Positions 55,949 through 64,000 of a DNA stretch of 64,000 nucleotides are shown piece after piece. The stretch comes from a virus (taxonomy: Duplodnaviria > Caudoviricetes), in the IMG/VR virus record IMGVR_UViG_3300042888_002988, positions 128,001-192,000 of that record; one strand, 5' to 3'. Below the pieces are notes generated by a model, which was given only the letters and a program-made list of their open reading frames with translations, was not told the origin of the DNA and ran no database searches. Within the stretch, counting starts at the first letter, position 1. Each line of letters starts with the position of its first letter. The position numbers and the translations under genes were made by a program.

Positions 55949-56210
55949 ATCTGAAAATGCAAAGTTAAGGGCAGCCCTCGAGAAGTTCGTGAGCTGCATC
56001 AACGTCACCGGCGGAATGCTGAAATACGAGTCAGGGAACATCGCCGGATGCGGCGGAGACCCGGAGTGGATCGACTTGTCGGATGCCTACGTGGTGGCTT
56101 GCGAGGCGCTGGGTATTGAGCCCAAGACCCAGCTGGTAGCTGACGACGATTACGAAGGCGGCACCGAGAGCATCTTGGATATAGTTTCGAAGGAGGCATC
56201 GGATGAGTGA
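55941..56210 (+). CDS. Small hypothetical protein
   Basis: Overlaps both neighbours. Confidence 0.55.
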   Translation: MSESENAKLRAALEKFVSCINVTGGMLKYESGNIAGCGGDPEWIDLSDAYVVACEALGIEPKTQLVADDDYEGGTESILDIVSKEASDE

Positions 56211-59200
56211 TCGACCACAGTCACGCCGGGGCATGACCCTGGAAGAACGGCAGCCCGATTACGAGGACCTGTCGAAGTGCCCCAAGACCCTGACGAAGAC
56301 ACGCCACATCGACGACGTGCTCTACGTCGCCGGCCGAGCCCCGATCGAAGGCCAGGCTGAATACGGCGTCATGTTCGTGACGTCGTCCGTCGAGGAGGAG
56401 GAAGCCACCACCGCTGCCAACTCAGTGTTCGGGATGCGGATCACCCAACCCGCGGAATACCTGAAGGGTGCCACCGGCATCATTAAGGACGTCGCACTGC
56501 GGGCTGGCATCGACCTCGACAAGTGCTACTACACCGCGTGCTGCAAATGGCTACTACCCCGGACGCAGCGGGCCAAGCCGGCGAAGAAGATCATGAAGTG
56601 GGGCATGCCGGTGCTGGAAGACGAGATCAAACGGGTGAAGCCGAAGATTATCGTCTGTCTGGGCAAGCACGTGTTCGACATGGTCAGCCCACAGAAGATC
56701 AGCTTCGACGACGCCCACGGCTGCTGGTTCTGGTCGGAGGACTACCAGGCCCACCTCTACGTGATGTATGCCCCCTTCACGCTGGTCGGCAAGCCCGAGT
56801 TCTACGAGACGTTCCGCGTCGACTTCAAGGAGGTCGCACGGCGGAAGGAGATCCTCGACAACGGTGGCTCGATTACCGGCCGACCCTTCCAGCACCAGGT
56901 CATCCGCGACATGGACGCTCTGGAGGACTGGCTCGACCACATCGAGACGCTTGTGGAGGAAGACCGCTGGCCGGGGCATAAGGACGAGAACGGGCACCCG
57001 CTGCTGGCGGTGGACTGTGAATGGCACGGTCGAACCCACGTCGACGGCAAGCTGCGCACGATCCAGTTCGCCTGGTCGGAGACGGATGCCGTGGTGATCG
57101 AGTTCCGGGACGAGAAGACGGAGTGGAGCTTTGAGATGGGTAGCTGCGAGGACCTGCCGCCGCTCGATCCGGAAAATCCGCTGGCCGTTAAATTGAATGG
57201 AATGCTGAGCGACCTGGATTTGGCGAACGTCGCGGATGGCCTGATCGACTCGCGTGATTTCGTTGAAGCCTACCTCGGCAACTTCGATCCGGAGCTGGAA
57301 ACGAAAAGTAGGAGCGATATTGACAACGGCAAATTGAAGCTGGGGAAGGAGTTCACGGTCCACATGATCACCATGGGAAGCGACACGTGCGCTGTCTGCG
57401 GCGAGGAAGAATGCGACCACCTGCGCGTGAATCGCAACGGCGACGCTATCGCCCCGGATGCGTTCCGGCAGATGCCACGCGGCCCGTCCGAGTATCAGCC
57501 ACCACCAGCCGATCGTATCGCCCAGCGCATGGCAGAACTGGAGCTGGAACACCGCGCCCGCTACAAGGCAATCGGCAAGCGTCTCAACCACACCACGGAG
57601 AAGATCAAAGCCCGTTACATCGGTCACCACTACGCGGCTGACGCCCCGTGGATGAGCCACACCCTGGGGATGGAGATCTACCAACGCTGCGAGCTGGACA
57701 CCGAGTTCGCCCAGCAGACCGTGGACGAGTCCAGCGAGCTGGGACTGGAGCGTGGCATCGCGATGAAGTACACGAACCTGGGTCGCTACGACTATGACCT
57801 GATGATGTGGAAGCGGGAGAACAAGGAACTCTGCAAGGGCGGCTACGGCTTCATCCCGTCAAAGATCATCCACCCATACGGCGCAGCTGACGTCATCACA
57901 CCATACCGGGCCTACCCGATGATCAAGCGGCAGCTGGAGGCCCAACGTCTGTGGGCCTACTACAGGGACATCTTCAACCCGTTCGTCACGGACGTCTTCA
58001 CCGAATTCACGATGACCGGGCTACCGATGGACGTGGACACGATGAACGACCTACGGGACCTGTTCACGTTCACGAAGGACCGCCTCAACAAGAAGCTGAA
58101 GCTCAGGATCGCCAAGGAGGCTACCCAGAAGCTCAAGCGCAAGCTCATGCAGACGTTCGGCGTGATGGCTGCCAAGGTCTGCTCAGTGACGATCGACGCC
58201 CGCAACGCCGAGATGCTCCGCAACACGGTGAAGCAGCTGCTGCTCGATACCGGCAAGCTGGTGGACGTCCCCAAGTGGAACAAGATCATCGCTCACTGGG
58301 AAGAGGCACCAGCGTTCAACATCCGATCCCCTGACCAGATGGCCAGGTGGCTGTTCGACTTCGAGGAGCTCATCCCGATCAAGTCCACCAACCAGAAAGC
58401 CAAGGGCCTTCCCAGCATGGCGTGGGAGAAGGTGCTGGAGCTTCCAGCCGACCGCCAGGCGATGTTCAAGCCGGCCGTAGACAAGCAGACGCTCGCGATC
58501 CTCTCGGAGCAGCTGCCGGCGATCGACGAGCTTCTGAATTTGAATGCCGTCGGCAACTTGTCGAAGGCATTCCTCAAGGAGCCGGACGTTTACGTCGACG
58601 AGGATACCGGTGAGGAAGTGACCGAGGAACACGGGCTGCATGCATGGCTCGCAAGTGATGGTAGGGTGCACGGACAGATGTCGGCCACGGAAACTGGTAG
58701 ACCTCGCAGTTGGGCCCCGAACACACTCAACTGGCCATCCTATGTCAACAAGAGAGTTGCTATATCGGTGGCTACTTGCGTGCAGGAAGCATTCGAAGAA
58801 GGTGACTTGCCGGAAAATCTACTGAAGTGGGTTGGAGCTACACCAGATGACTTGCCTTCTATCAGATCATGTGTTAAGGTGCCCGAGGGATGGATAGCCG
58901 TCGAATCCGATTATGCAACTGCGGAGATGGTTGCACTTGCTATCATATCAGGTGACAAAGACTTAATGCGTATCTTGTTCGATCCGGATCCTGAATGGGC
59001 CGTGTTAAAGCATAAGAAGCACGGAGCGTCGGTGGTGCGAGTAGCATTCACCGATCCAAAACTTTCAGGCGTCCCGGAGAGCGCGCGAAGCAACAAGTTC
59101 CTGATGCATGTGTGGGCGGCAGGTGAATGCCTTGGACCAGTGGATGATTCTGATCTGCTGCGGGACAATGACGGCAACATTGTGCATGCCAAGTATGACA

Positions 59201-59961
59201 TTCACTGGTCGCTGGTGGAGCGCACCTACGGCAAGTATCGCGAGATGATGAAGGCCAAGGTCGATCGCAACGCCGCCAAGGTCCTCAACTTCTCCAGTGC
59301 CTACGGTGCTTCTAGTAGTTCGCTGGAGCGCAAGATCGAATCCGACACAGGCGTCAAGCCCGAGGAAGGAACCGGCGAACGCGGACTGGAAGCCATTCGG
59401 GAACGCCAGCCCCGGGCGACAGAGTTTCTGGAGGAGATGGCCAAGGTGCCGAAGGAGCGCGGAATGTATCGCGCCGCTTCCGGTCGCATCCGGCACTGCC
59501 TGTCACACTCGGCAGGTAGCGGAGTCGGCTGGCGCCAACGCAACTCGATCGACAGCGCGCTGGGCCGGGAGATGCGGAACTTTCCCATGCAGGAGTCCGT
59601 CGGCGCCACGTCGGCTCGGGCGTGCAAATGGCTGCTCAAGGCCTACCGCAAGCTCAAGCTGCAGGCGCGCCCGCTGACCTGTCTCTATGACTCTGTGGTG
59701 ACGATCTGCCCACTGGAGGAACGCTTCTTGGTTGCCCGGCTTCACCAGCTATGCATGTCGGTCCACAACACCTGGGCCTACAGCGATGACTACGGGGATC
59801 GGACGCTGACCTATACGATCGACAACGAGTTCAATTACCGATGGTCCACCCGTCCGAGCGACGAAGACCAGAAGCAGTTGGATGACCGCACCTGGCACGC
59901 GCCGGACAGCAAGTTGACGTTCTTGGAGCAGCACGCAAATCTGTGGCAGTTGGTGTCATAA
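56203..59961 (+). CDS. polA: Family A DNA polymerase with N-terminal UDG-like domain and 3'-5' exonuclease
   Basis: UDG-like CYYTACCK and IVCLGK; Exo DCEW, HYAAD, YGAAD; Pol motif A SDYATAE, motif B AKVLNFSSAYG, RNFPMQ, motif C LYDS. Confidence 0.93.
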   Translation: MSDRPQSRRGMTLEERQPDYEDLSKCPKTLTKTRHIDDVLYVAGRAPIEGQAEYGVMFVTSSVEEEEATTAANSVFGMRITQPAEYLKGATGIIKDVALRAGIDLDKCYYTACCKWLLPRTQRAKPAKKIMKWGMPVLEDEIKRVKPKIIVCLGKHVFDMVSPQKISFDDAHGCWFWSEDYQAHLYVMYAPFTLVGKPEFYETFRVDFKEVARRKEILDNGGSITGRPFQHQVIRDMDALEDWLDHIETLVEEDRWPGHKDENGHPLLAVDCEWHGRTHVDGKLRTIQFAWSETDAVVIEFRDEKTEWSFEMGSCEDLPPLDPENPLAVKLNGMLSDLDLANVADGLIDSRDFVEAYLGNFDPELETKSRSDIDNGKLKLGKEFTVHMITMGSDTCAVCGEEECDHLRVNRNGDAIAPDAFRQMPRGPSEYQPPPADRIAQRMAELELEHRARYKAIGKRLNHTTEKIKARYIGHHYAADAPWMSHTLGMEIYQRCELDTEFAQQTVDESSELGLERGIAMKYTNLGRYDYDLMMWKRENKELCKGGYGFIPSKIIHPYGAADVITPYRAYPMIKRQLEAQRLWAYYRDIFNPFVTDVFTEFTMTGLPMDVDTMNDLRDLFTFTKDRLNKKLKLRIAKEATQKLKRKLMQTFGVMAAKVCSVTIDARNAEMLRNTVKQLLLDTGKLVDVPKWNKIIAHWEEAPAFNIRSPDQMARWLFDFEELIPIKSTNQKAKGLPSMAWEKVLELPADRQAMFKPAVDKQTLAILSEQLPAIDELLNLNAVGNLSKAFLKEPDVYVDEDTGEEVTEEHGLHAWLASDGRVHGQMSATETGRPRSWAPNTLNWPSYVNKRVAISVATCVQEAFEEGDLPENLLKWVGATPDDLPSIRSCVKVPEGWIAVESDYATAEMVALAIISGDKDLMRILFDPDPEWAVLKHKKHGASVVRVAFTDPKLSGVPESARSNKFLMHVWAAGECLGPVDDSDLLRDNDGNIVHAKYDIHWSLVERTYGKYREMMKAKVDRNAAKVLNFSSAYGASSSSLERKIESDTGVKPEEGTGERGLEAIRERQPRATEFLEEMAKVPKERGMYRAASGRIRHCLSHSAGSGVGWRQRNSIDSALGREMRNFPMQESVGATSARACKWLLKAYRKLKLQARPLTCLYDSVVTICPLEERFLVARLHQLCMSVHNTWAYSDDYGDRTLTYTIDNEFNYRWSTRPSDEDQKQLDDRTWHAPDSKLTFLEQHANLWQLVS

Positions 59962-59965
59962 TGAA

Positions 59966-60175
59966 TTGCACATGAACGACATTATTAAAATGTTACTATG
60001 CGCTCTGGGAGCTGCCGCGGGTGCGGCAGCAATCCTGGCAGGCCTTGGCCTGACAGCATCCGCCCTTGTGGCAATGTTGGCGGGAGGAGCCGGCTTCGCC
60101 GTTGCGGTGTTGCCGGCCTTGGCCTGTTTGGGAGGCGTGGCTTATGCCGCCTCTCGCACAGGATACGGCGGGTAG
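59966..60175 (+). CDS. Small hydrophobic membrane protein
   Basis: Ala/Gly/Leu-rich, two TM-like segments. Confidence 0.5.
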   Translation: MHMNDIIKMLLCALGAAAGAAAILAGLGLTASALVAMLAGGAGFAVAVLPALACLGGVAYAASRTGYGG

Positions 60176-60227
60176 GTTTTACCCGACTCAGGCATAAGCC
60201 AAAGACAAACACACGTCCGACCGAGGT

Positions 60228-60264
60228 GGCCGGGGCCGAGTGCCCCGGCCGATTCGGCTTCTTT
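60228..60264 (+). terminator. Putative intrinsic terminator
   Basis: ggccggggc/gccccggcc stem, then gattcggcttcttt. Confidence 0.5.
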
Positions 60265-60314
60265 ACCTGCCACTGAAAATTCCGTTGGACGGCGGTAGGC
60301 GGTTCTGCTGAATT

Positions 60315-60860
60315 GTGCCTGTGGATACCGATTTCAAACTCACACCGGAAACACTTGAAGCACTCCGACGCGTGACCGCCGCATCACCTTCGGAAATCAA
60401 ACTGACGCGCTACGAACCATGTCTCTGCGGTAAGCTGCTGGACGTGGCTCAGTGGGAGCGGAAGTGGCACAGTGGCCGGTTCCACAAGAGCCAGATGATT
60501 GAGCGCGGCATCAACTACACCGACCTGGTCTGCGAGGACTGCCGAAAGGAGTGGCGCGACTGGCCGCGTATTGTTTGCCTGGGCTGTCGGTCGCTCATGG
60601 GTTTCTACAAGCCTGGCAAGCAGGCGACTGGATTCGAATTCGAGAAGGGCCGGCATTATCACATCCTGGACTGTCCCCGGTGTAACCCGACCCGCCGCAG
60701 CACTCCGGTGCTGGAGCACGAGCAGTTCTGCAGGGCACACGGAATTAAGACCACGACCAATTACGATTTGCTTCAAGAAATTGAACAAAAAATCTTGCAG
60801 GCCGAAGACACAGCCGCTAGGTTGCGCGCGGAGTATGAATCCTCCGTAAAACAACCATGA
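60315..60860 (+). CDS. Multi-CxxC zinc-finger protein
   Basis: CLC, CEDC, CLGC, CPRC. Confidence 0.6.
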   Translation: MPVDTDFKLTPETLEALRRVTAASPSEIKLTRYEPCLCGKLLDVAQWERKWHSGRFHKSQMIERGINYTDLVCEDCRKEWRDWPRIVCLGCRSLMGFYKPGKQATGFEFEKGRHYHILDCPRCNPTRRSTPVLEHEQFCRAHGIKTTTNYDLLQEIEQKILQAEDTAARLRAEYESSVKQP

Positions 60861-61504
60861 AAGTTACACCACGTGCCACGCACTCCAGAGTAGTTGTGAA
60901 GCGGATCACCGCTCCCGAAACTAGGCCCGACCACAAAAGCGGTAAACGCATCGCCCTGCTGTCTTTCATCGACGGCGGGAGCTACCAGCAGCATTGCCCG
61001 ACCACGAAGGACTTGTTCCTATACGCGGCCGGCACCAATGAGATGGGCGAGATCCCGGACGGACTTGACCGCCTGATGCACCATCAGTTCATCGTGCACA
61101 AGAACGAGAAGGGGAAGGCGATTGGTTTGGACATCATCCCGAGCCGCTTGTATCGCTCTGGCGTTGTCCCGAAATCACAGGAGGGCGTCACCACGCTGGT
61201 CATTCAATACGATCTGGGCGGCGCAGTGGCACGTGTAATTCAGCGTCCGTTCAACATTCGCTTCGATCACTCCGCGGCGATTCTTCGCGAGTTGGACAGG
61301 TTGATCACTGCCGGCAAGCCGATCGCGACATCTGTTCGCCTCGGCAATCTGGCGCGCGTCGTATCCACCACGGAGAACACGGTCGAGGTCAAGCTGACCA
61401 ACAACGCCAGCGCACAGCCCACCAACAACGCGCAGAACACCTTGGACGCCGACGACCTGTCGGAGGAAGGGGACCTGTCCGAGGCGGGAGGCGGCGCGGA
61501 GTAA
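60857..61504 (+). CDS. Hypothetical protein
   Basis: ATGA coupling. Confidence 0.6.
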   Translation: MKVTPRATHSRVVVKRITAPETRPDHKSGKRIALLSFIDGGSYQQHCPTTKDLFLYAAGTNEMGEIPDGLDRLMHHQFIVHKNEKGKAIGLDIIPSRLYRSGVVPKSQEGVTTLVIQYDLGGAVARVIQRPFNIRFDHSAAILRELDRLITAGKPIATSVRLGNLARVVSTTENTVEVKLTNNASAQPTNNAQNTLDADDLSEEGDLSEAGGGAE

Positions 61505-61536
61505 ACGCCCGCCTGTCAGATTGAGGAATCTTTCAG

Positions 61537-61564
61537 GGCGGACCAATCCTGGTCCGCCATTTTC
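61537..61564 (+). terminator. Intrinsic terminator
   Basis: ggcggacca/tggtccgcc stem followed by attttt. Confidence 0.7.
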
Positions 61565-61596
61565 TACGAACAAAAAGCAAACCACCACACATCAAT

Positions 61597-63339
61597 ATGT
61601 CTAAAGTATTCACGCCCGTTGTCGATGCAGATGCCGTTTATGGCGAAGGAGATTGGAGGCCGTTGCTCGGCGATGCGCCGCGCAAAGCCGACTGGAAGCT
61701 CTACATGATCGGCAAGCAGTCGATCGAGCATCGACTCAAGGGGATCATCCTCCCCGCTTATGACTGGTCGTTGTCCATCGACGACAAGGCATTCGGCGAG
61801 TCCGTTGGCTCCTGCTGGAGCTCGGTCCCCGACAAGCGTCTCGGTCGTCACTTCACGCCGAACGCATTCGCAATCCCGCTGCTCGTTTACCCCTACATGG
61901 GTGAGCGCAAGGAGCACTGGATTTCCCCAGGCAACCGCCGCAACATGATCGGCGGCTCCGATATGGATCCCGAAGACGGCTCGGACGCATTCGACGATCT
62001 CAACAAGTGGATCCGCCGCAACAAGGCGTTCAGCGACCAGAAGAAGGATTTCTTCCTCAAGGCTCCCTCCATGAAGGAGGATGCTCTTGTCCCGGGACGC
62101 ACCATCCGCTACTTCTGCCTAGCTCGCTGCTACGACAAGGAGACGCCTTGGCACGATGCGGTTGTGGCCTACACGCCATCGGCCTACTCGTATATCATCG
62201 AGCAGATGCGCTGGGCTCACCAAGCACAGGACGGACCGCCACGCGATCCCAACTGGCCGCAATACATGCTCGGCGACCCGACCAGTCCGGAAGGGGCGAT
62301 CGAGTGGCACGTCGACAAAGTGCAGCTTGATGCGAAGGATCAGCACGACACCAACGTGCTGGTGTTCACCGAGCGCGCGGAGTTCCTGGATGCCAACCAG
62401 AAGACCGTCAAGCTCAGCCGCGACGACCTAGCTCGCCGGTTCCGCCTGCCCGATCCGGACAACTGGAACATCCCGACCTACGAGGAGCAGGTCGACTACA
62501 TGATGAACAACTTCGACGCGGCTATCACCGCCGAGATGATCCGCGCAGCCTGCTCCTACCGTTACCGCGGTGAAATCCCGGCTTCTCGCCCGGATCACAT
62601 CATGTCGACGGCGGGAGCGCCCAAGGACAAGTCGCCCGATGAAACGGAGGACTACAGCCGCAACAGCCGCAGCCGCACCAGCCGCGAGCCTGAAGGCGAT
62701 CCGATTGCTGCTGTCACCGGTGGTGGCGGTGGCGGTCGCGGTGCCCGCCTGACTCCCGACAGCGAGCCTCCGCTTCCAACCCGCACTGCTCCTCCCCGTG
62801 AGTCAGCAGCGCCGGCCCGCACGCCAGCAGCCGCTGTCGCCGCCACTGGTGCGGTCTTCTGGGCCGGTGCTACCGGTGAGAAGCCCACCAAGATGACGGT
62901 GCCGCAGCTGCAGGAGGTGGTCGACAAAGGCCAGCACGAAGGGTTCAAGGTCATGGTGGCTCAGAACGACTGGAAGCTGCTCGCCGAGTCCGGGCTGGTT
63001 GTGATCCCTGAGCCTCCGGTCGAAGATGAAGCACCGCCGTCCGTTCCGGACGATGATGCACCGCCTTCCGTGCCGGAGGACGATGCGCCTCCGTCGGTAC
63101 CAGCTGACGCACCCAAGGCTACCGCGCGTAGCGTCGATGCGCCCACGGCCGAAGGGCAGTGCACACTGGAGCAGATGAAGGAGCGCCTGTTCCCGGACAC
63201 CAACAGCTACAACAGCCTGTCCTCCGAGCAGAAGAAGAAGGCGGAGGAACTCGTGGATCGCGCCTGGAAGGGCACGAACTTCGGGGCCGAAACCGAGCTG
63301 CCGGATGATGTGGTCGACGACCTGCTCCAACTGGTCTGA
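61597..63339 (+). CDS. Hypothetical protein with disordered linker, GYF_2-like domain and acidic Pro-rich repeats (possible SSB-like factor)
   Basis: 580 aa; FW..A..E...MT..QL..V..G.....V.....DW.; DDAPPSVP x3; upstream of the recA-like gene. Confidence 0.55.
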   Translation: MSKVFTPVVDADAVYGEGDWRPLLGDAPRKADWKLYMIGKQSIEHRLKGIILPAYDWSLSIDDKAFGESVGSCWSSVPDKRLGRHFTPNAFAIPLLVYPYMGERKEHWISPGNRRNMIGGSDMDPEDGSDAFDDLNKWIRRNKAFSDQKKDFFLKAPSMKEDALVPGRTIRYFCLARCYDKETPWHDAVVAYTPSAYSYIIEQMRWAHQAQDGPPRDPNWPQYMLGDPTSPEGAIEWHVDKVQLDAKDQHDTNVLVFTERAEFLDANQKTVKLSRDDLARRFRLPDPDNWNIPTYEEQVDYMMNNFDAAITAEMIRAACSYRYRGEIPASRPDHIMSTAGAPKDKSPDETEDYSRNSRSRTSREPEGDPIAAVTGGGGGGRGARLTPDSEPPLPTRTAPPRESAAPARTPAAAVAATGAVFWAGATGEKPTKMTVPQLQEVVDKGQHEGFKVMVAQNDWKLLAESGLVVIPEPPVEDEAPPSVPDDDAPPSVPEDDAPPSVPADAPKATARSVDAPTAEGQCTLEQMKERLFPDTNSYNSLSSEQKKKAEELVDRAWKGTNFGAETELPDDVVDDLLQLV

Positions 63340-63357
63340 TCGACATTCGAACTGATG

Positions 63358-63392
63358 CAACGGGGGAGGCTAGTCCTCCCCCGTTGTCATTT
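63358..63392 (+). terminator. Intrinsic terminator-like hairpin
   Basis: 12-bp stem caacgggggagg/cctcccccgttg. Confidence 0.65.
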
Positions 63393-63418
63393 CGCTTTAC
63401 CTCTCACACACTTGAATT

Positions 63419-64000
63419 ATGTCCGCGAAGAAAACTACCCCAGCCGCCAAGAAGGCCGCCCCCGTCAAGAAAGTCGCCGCCAAGAAGGCCGCCGCCCCGC
63501 GCAAACCTGCCGCGCCAAAACCAGCCGCCGCCCCCAAAGAGGAAGGCAAGAAGAAGGCCCCACCCAAGAAGGGCAAGGTCGCCGAGCCAGTGAGACTGGA
63601 AGATCCCAACAAGCTTTCACCGCTGCTGTTCAAGCCGCGCGTGTCCGCCGCCGGCAAACCAGCGATGGTGACCGGGATGGTGGAGAACGTCCGCAAGAGC
63701 ATCAGCGTTCTCAACGAGCGCTCCAAGAAGAAGCCCGTCCAACTGTTCACCCCGGCGATGCTGCGGATGAACATCCTTCCTTACCCCGCGCTCTACTTCC
63801 AGCAGATGTTGGACTCGCTGGGCTTCCGTTATCCGTGCGCTATCGAAATCATCGCGCCGGAGCACCTGGGTAGCACCACTTTTGTGTTCGACTGGATCGG
63901 CCACCTGATCGACATGGGATGCTATGCCATCTATTGCGAGTGCGAGGGCAAGCAGATGCGCGACTCGCAGATTCTGCGCCTCATGGACCGTGACCCAAAG
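63419..64000 (+). CDS. RecA/UvsX-like protein, truncated by the window end, with Lys/Ala/Pro-rich N-terminus
   Basis: Manual translation MSAKKTTPAAKKAAP...LGFRYPCAIEIIAPEHLGSTT...AIYCECE aligns to RecA EIYGPESSGKTT...AFIDAE. Confidence 0.6.
   Translation, partial: MSAKKTTPAAKKAAPVKKVAAKKAAAPRKPAAPKPAAAPKEEGKKKAPPKKGKVAEPVRLEDPNKLSPLLFKPRVSAAGKPAMVTGMVENVRKSISVLNERSKKKPVQLFTPAMLRMNILPYPALYFQQMLDSLGFRYPCAIEIIAPEHLGSTTFVFDWIGHLIDMGCYAIYCECEGKQMRDSQILRLMDRDPK

Noticed and set aside
57130-57560. Intein in the DNA polymerase
   Set aside because: No intein block A, B, F or G motifs
51690-59961. 2-aminoadenine (dZ) or 7-deazaguanine modification pathway
   Set aside because: No PurZ, QueC/D/E, FolE or DpdA-like genes recognisable in the window

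Overview
A 64-kb segment of a large, GC-rich tailed bacteriophage genome, most likely a contractile-tailed (myovirus-type) phage; the tmRNA tag start (ANSNE...) and the SD-less A/C-rich leaders tentatively suggest a Verrucomicrobia/PVC host. Layout: (1) 1-24 kb tail/baseplate module with Cys-rich and Ser/Gly-repeat proteins, a four-enzyme glycosylation cassette, a sigma-70-family factor, gp25/J-like baseplate genes, a collagen-like protein and a tail fibre; (2) 24-31 kb hypothetical genes plus a ~1.35-kb non-coding RNA island (tmRNA with a 35-codon tag, tRNA-CAT, a tRNA with a 10-nt anticodon loop, tRNA-like RNAs without a cloverleaf, a large hairpin array); (3) 31-34.6 kb terminase large subunit broken into two genes by an atypically split intein, with an unrelated opposite-strand gene between the halves; (4) 34.7-64 kb replication/recombination module (RNase H, SbcD/SbcC, HNH-like, GroES, a solitary RAMP/Cas7-like protein, SF2 helicase, RecU-like nuclease, DnaB, an iteron-type origin, primase, GP88, MazG-like, Pif1/RecD-like helicase, PAPS-reductase-like, UDG-PolA fusion, degenerate RecA). 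Most notable: the split-intein terminase, the stand-alone RAMP gene preceded by phased repeats, the island of tRNA-like RNAs, and a 78-nt/26-aa segment shared between the baseplate J-like gene and an insertion in the DNA polymerase. All protein assignments are from motif reading by eye; no database searches were run.
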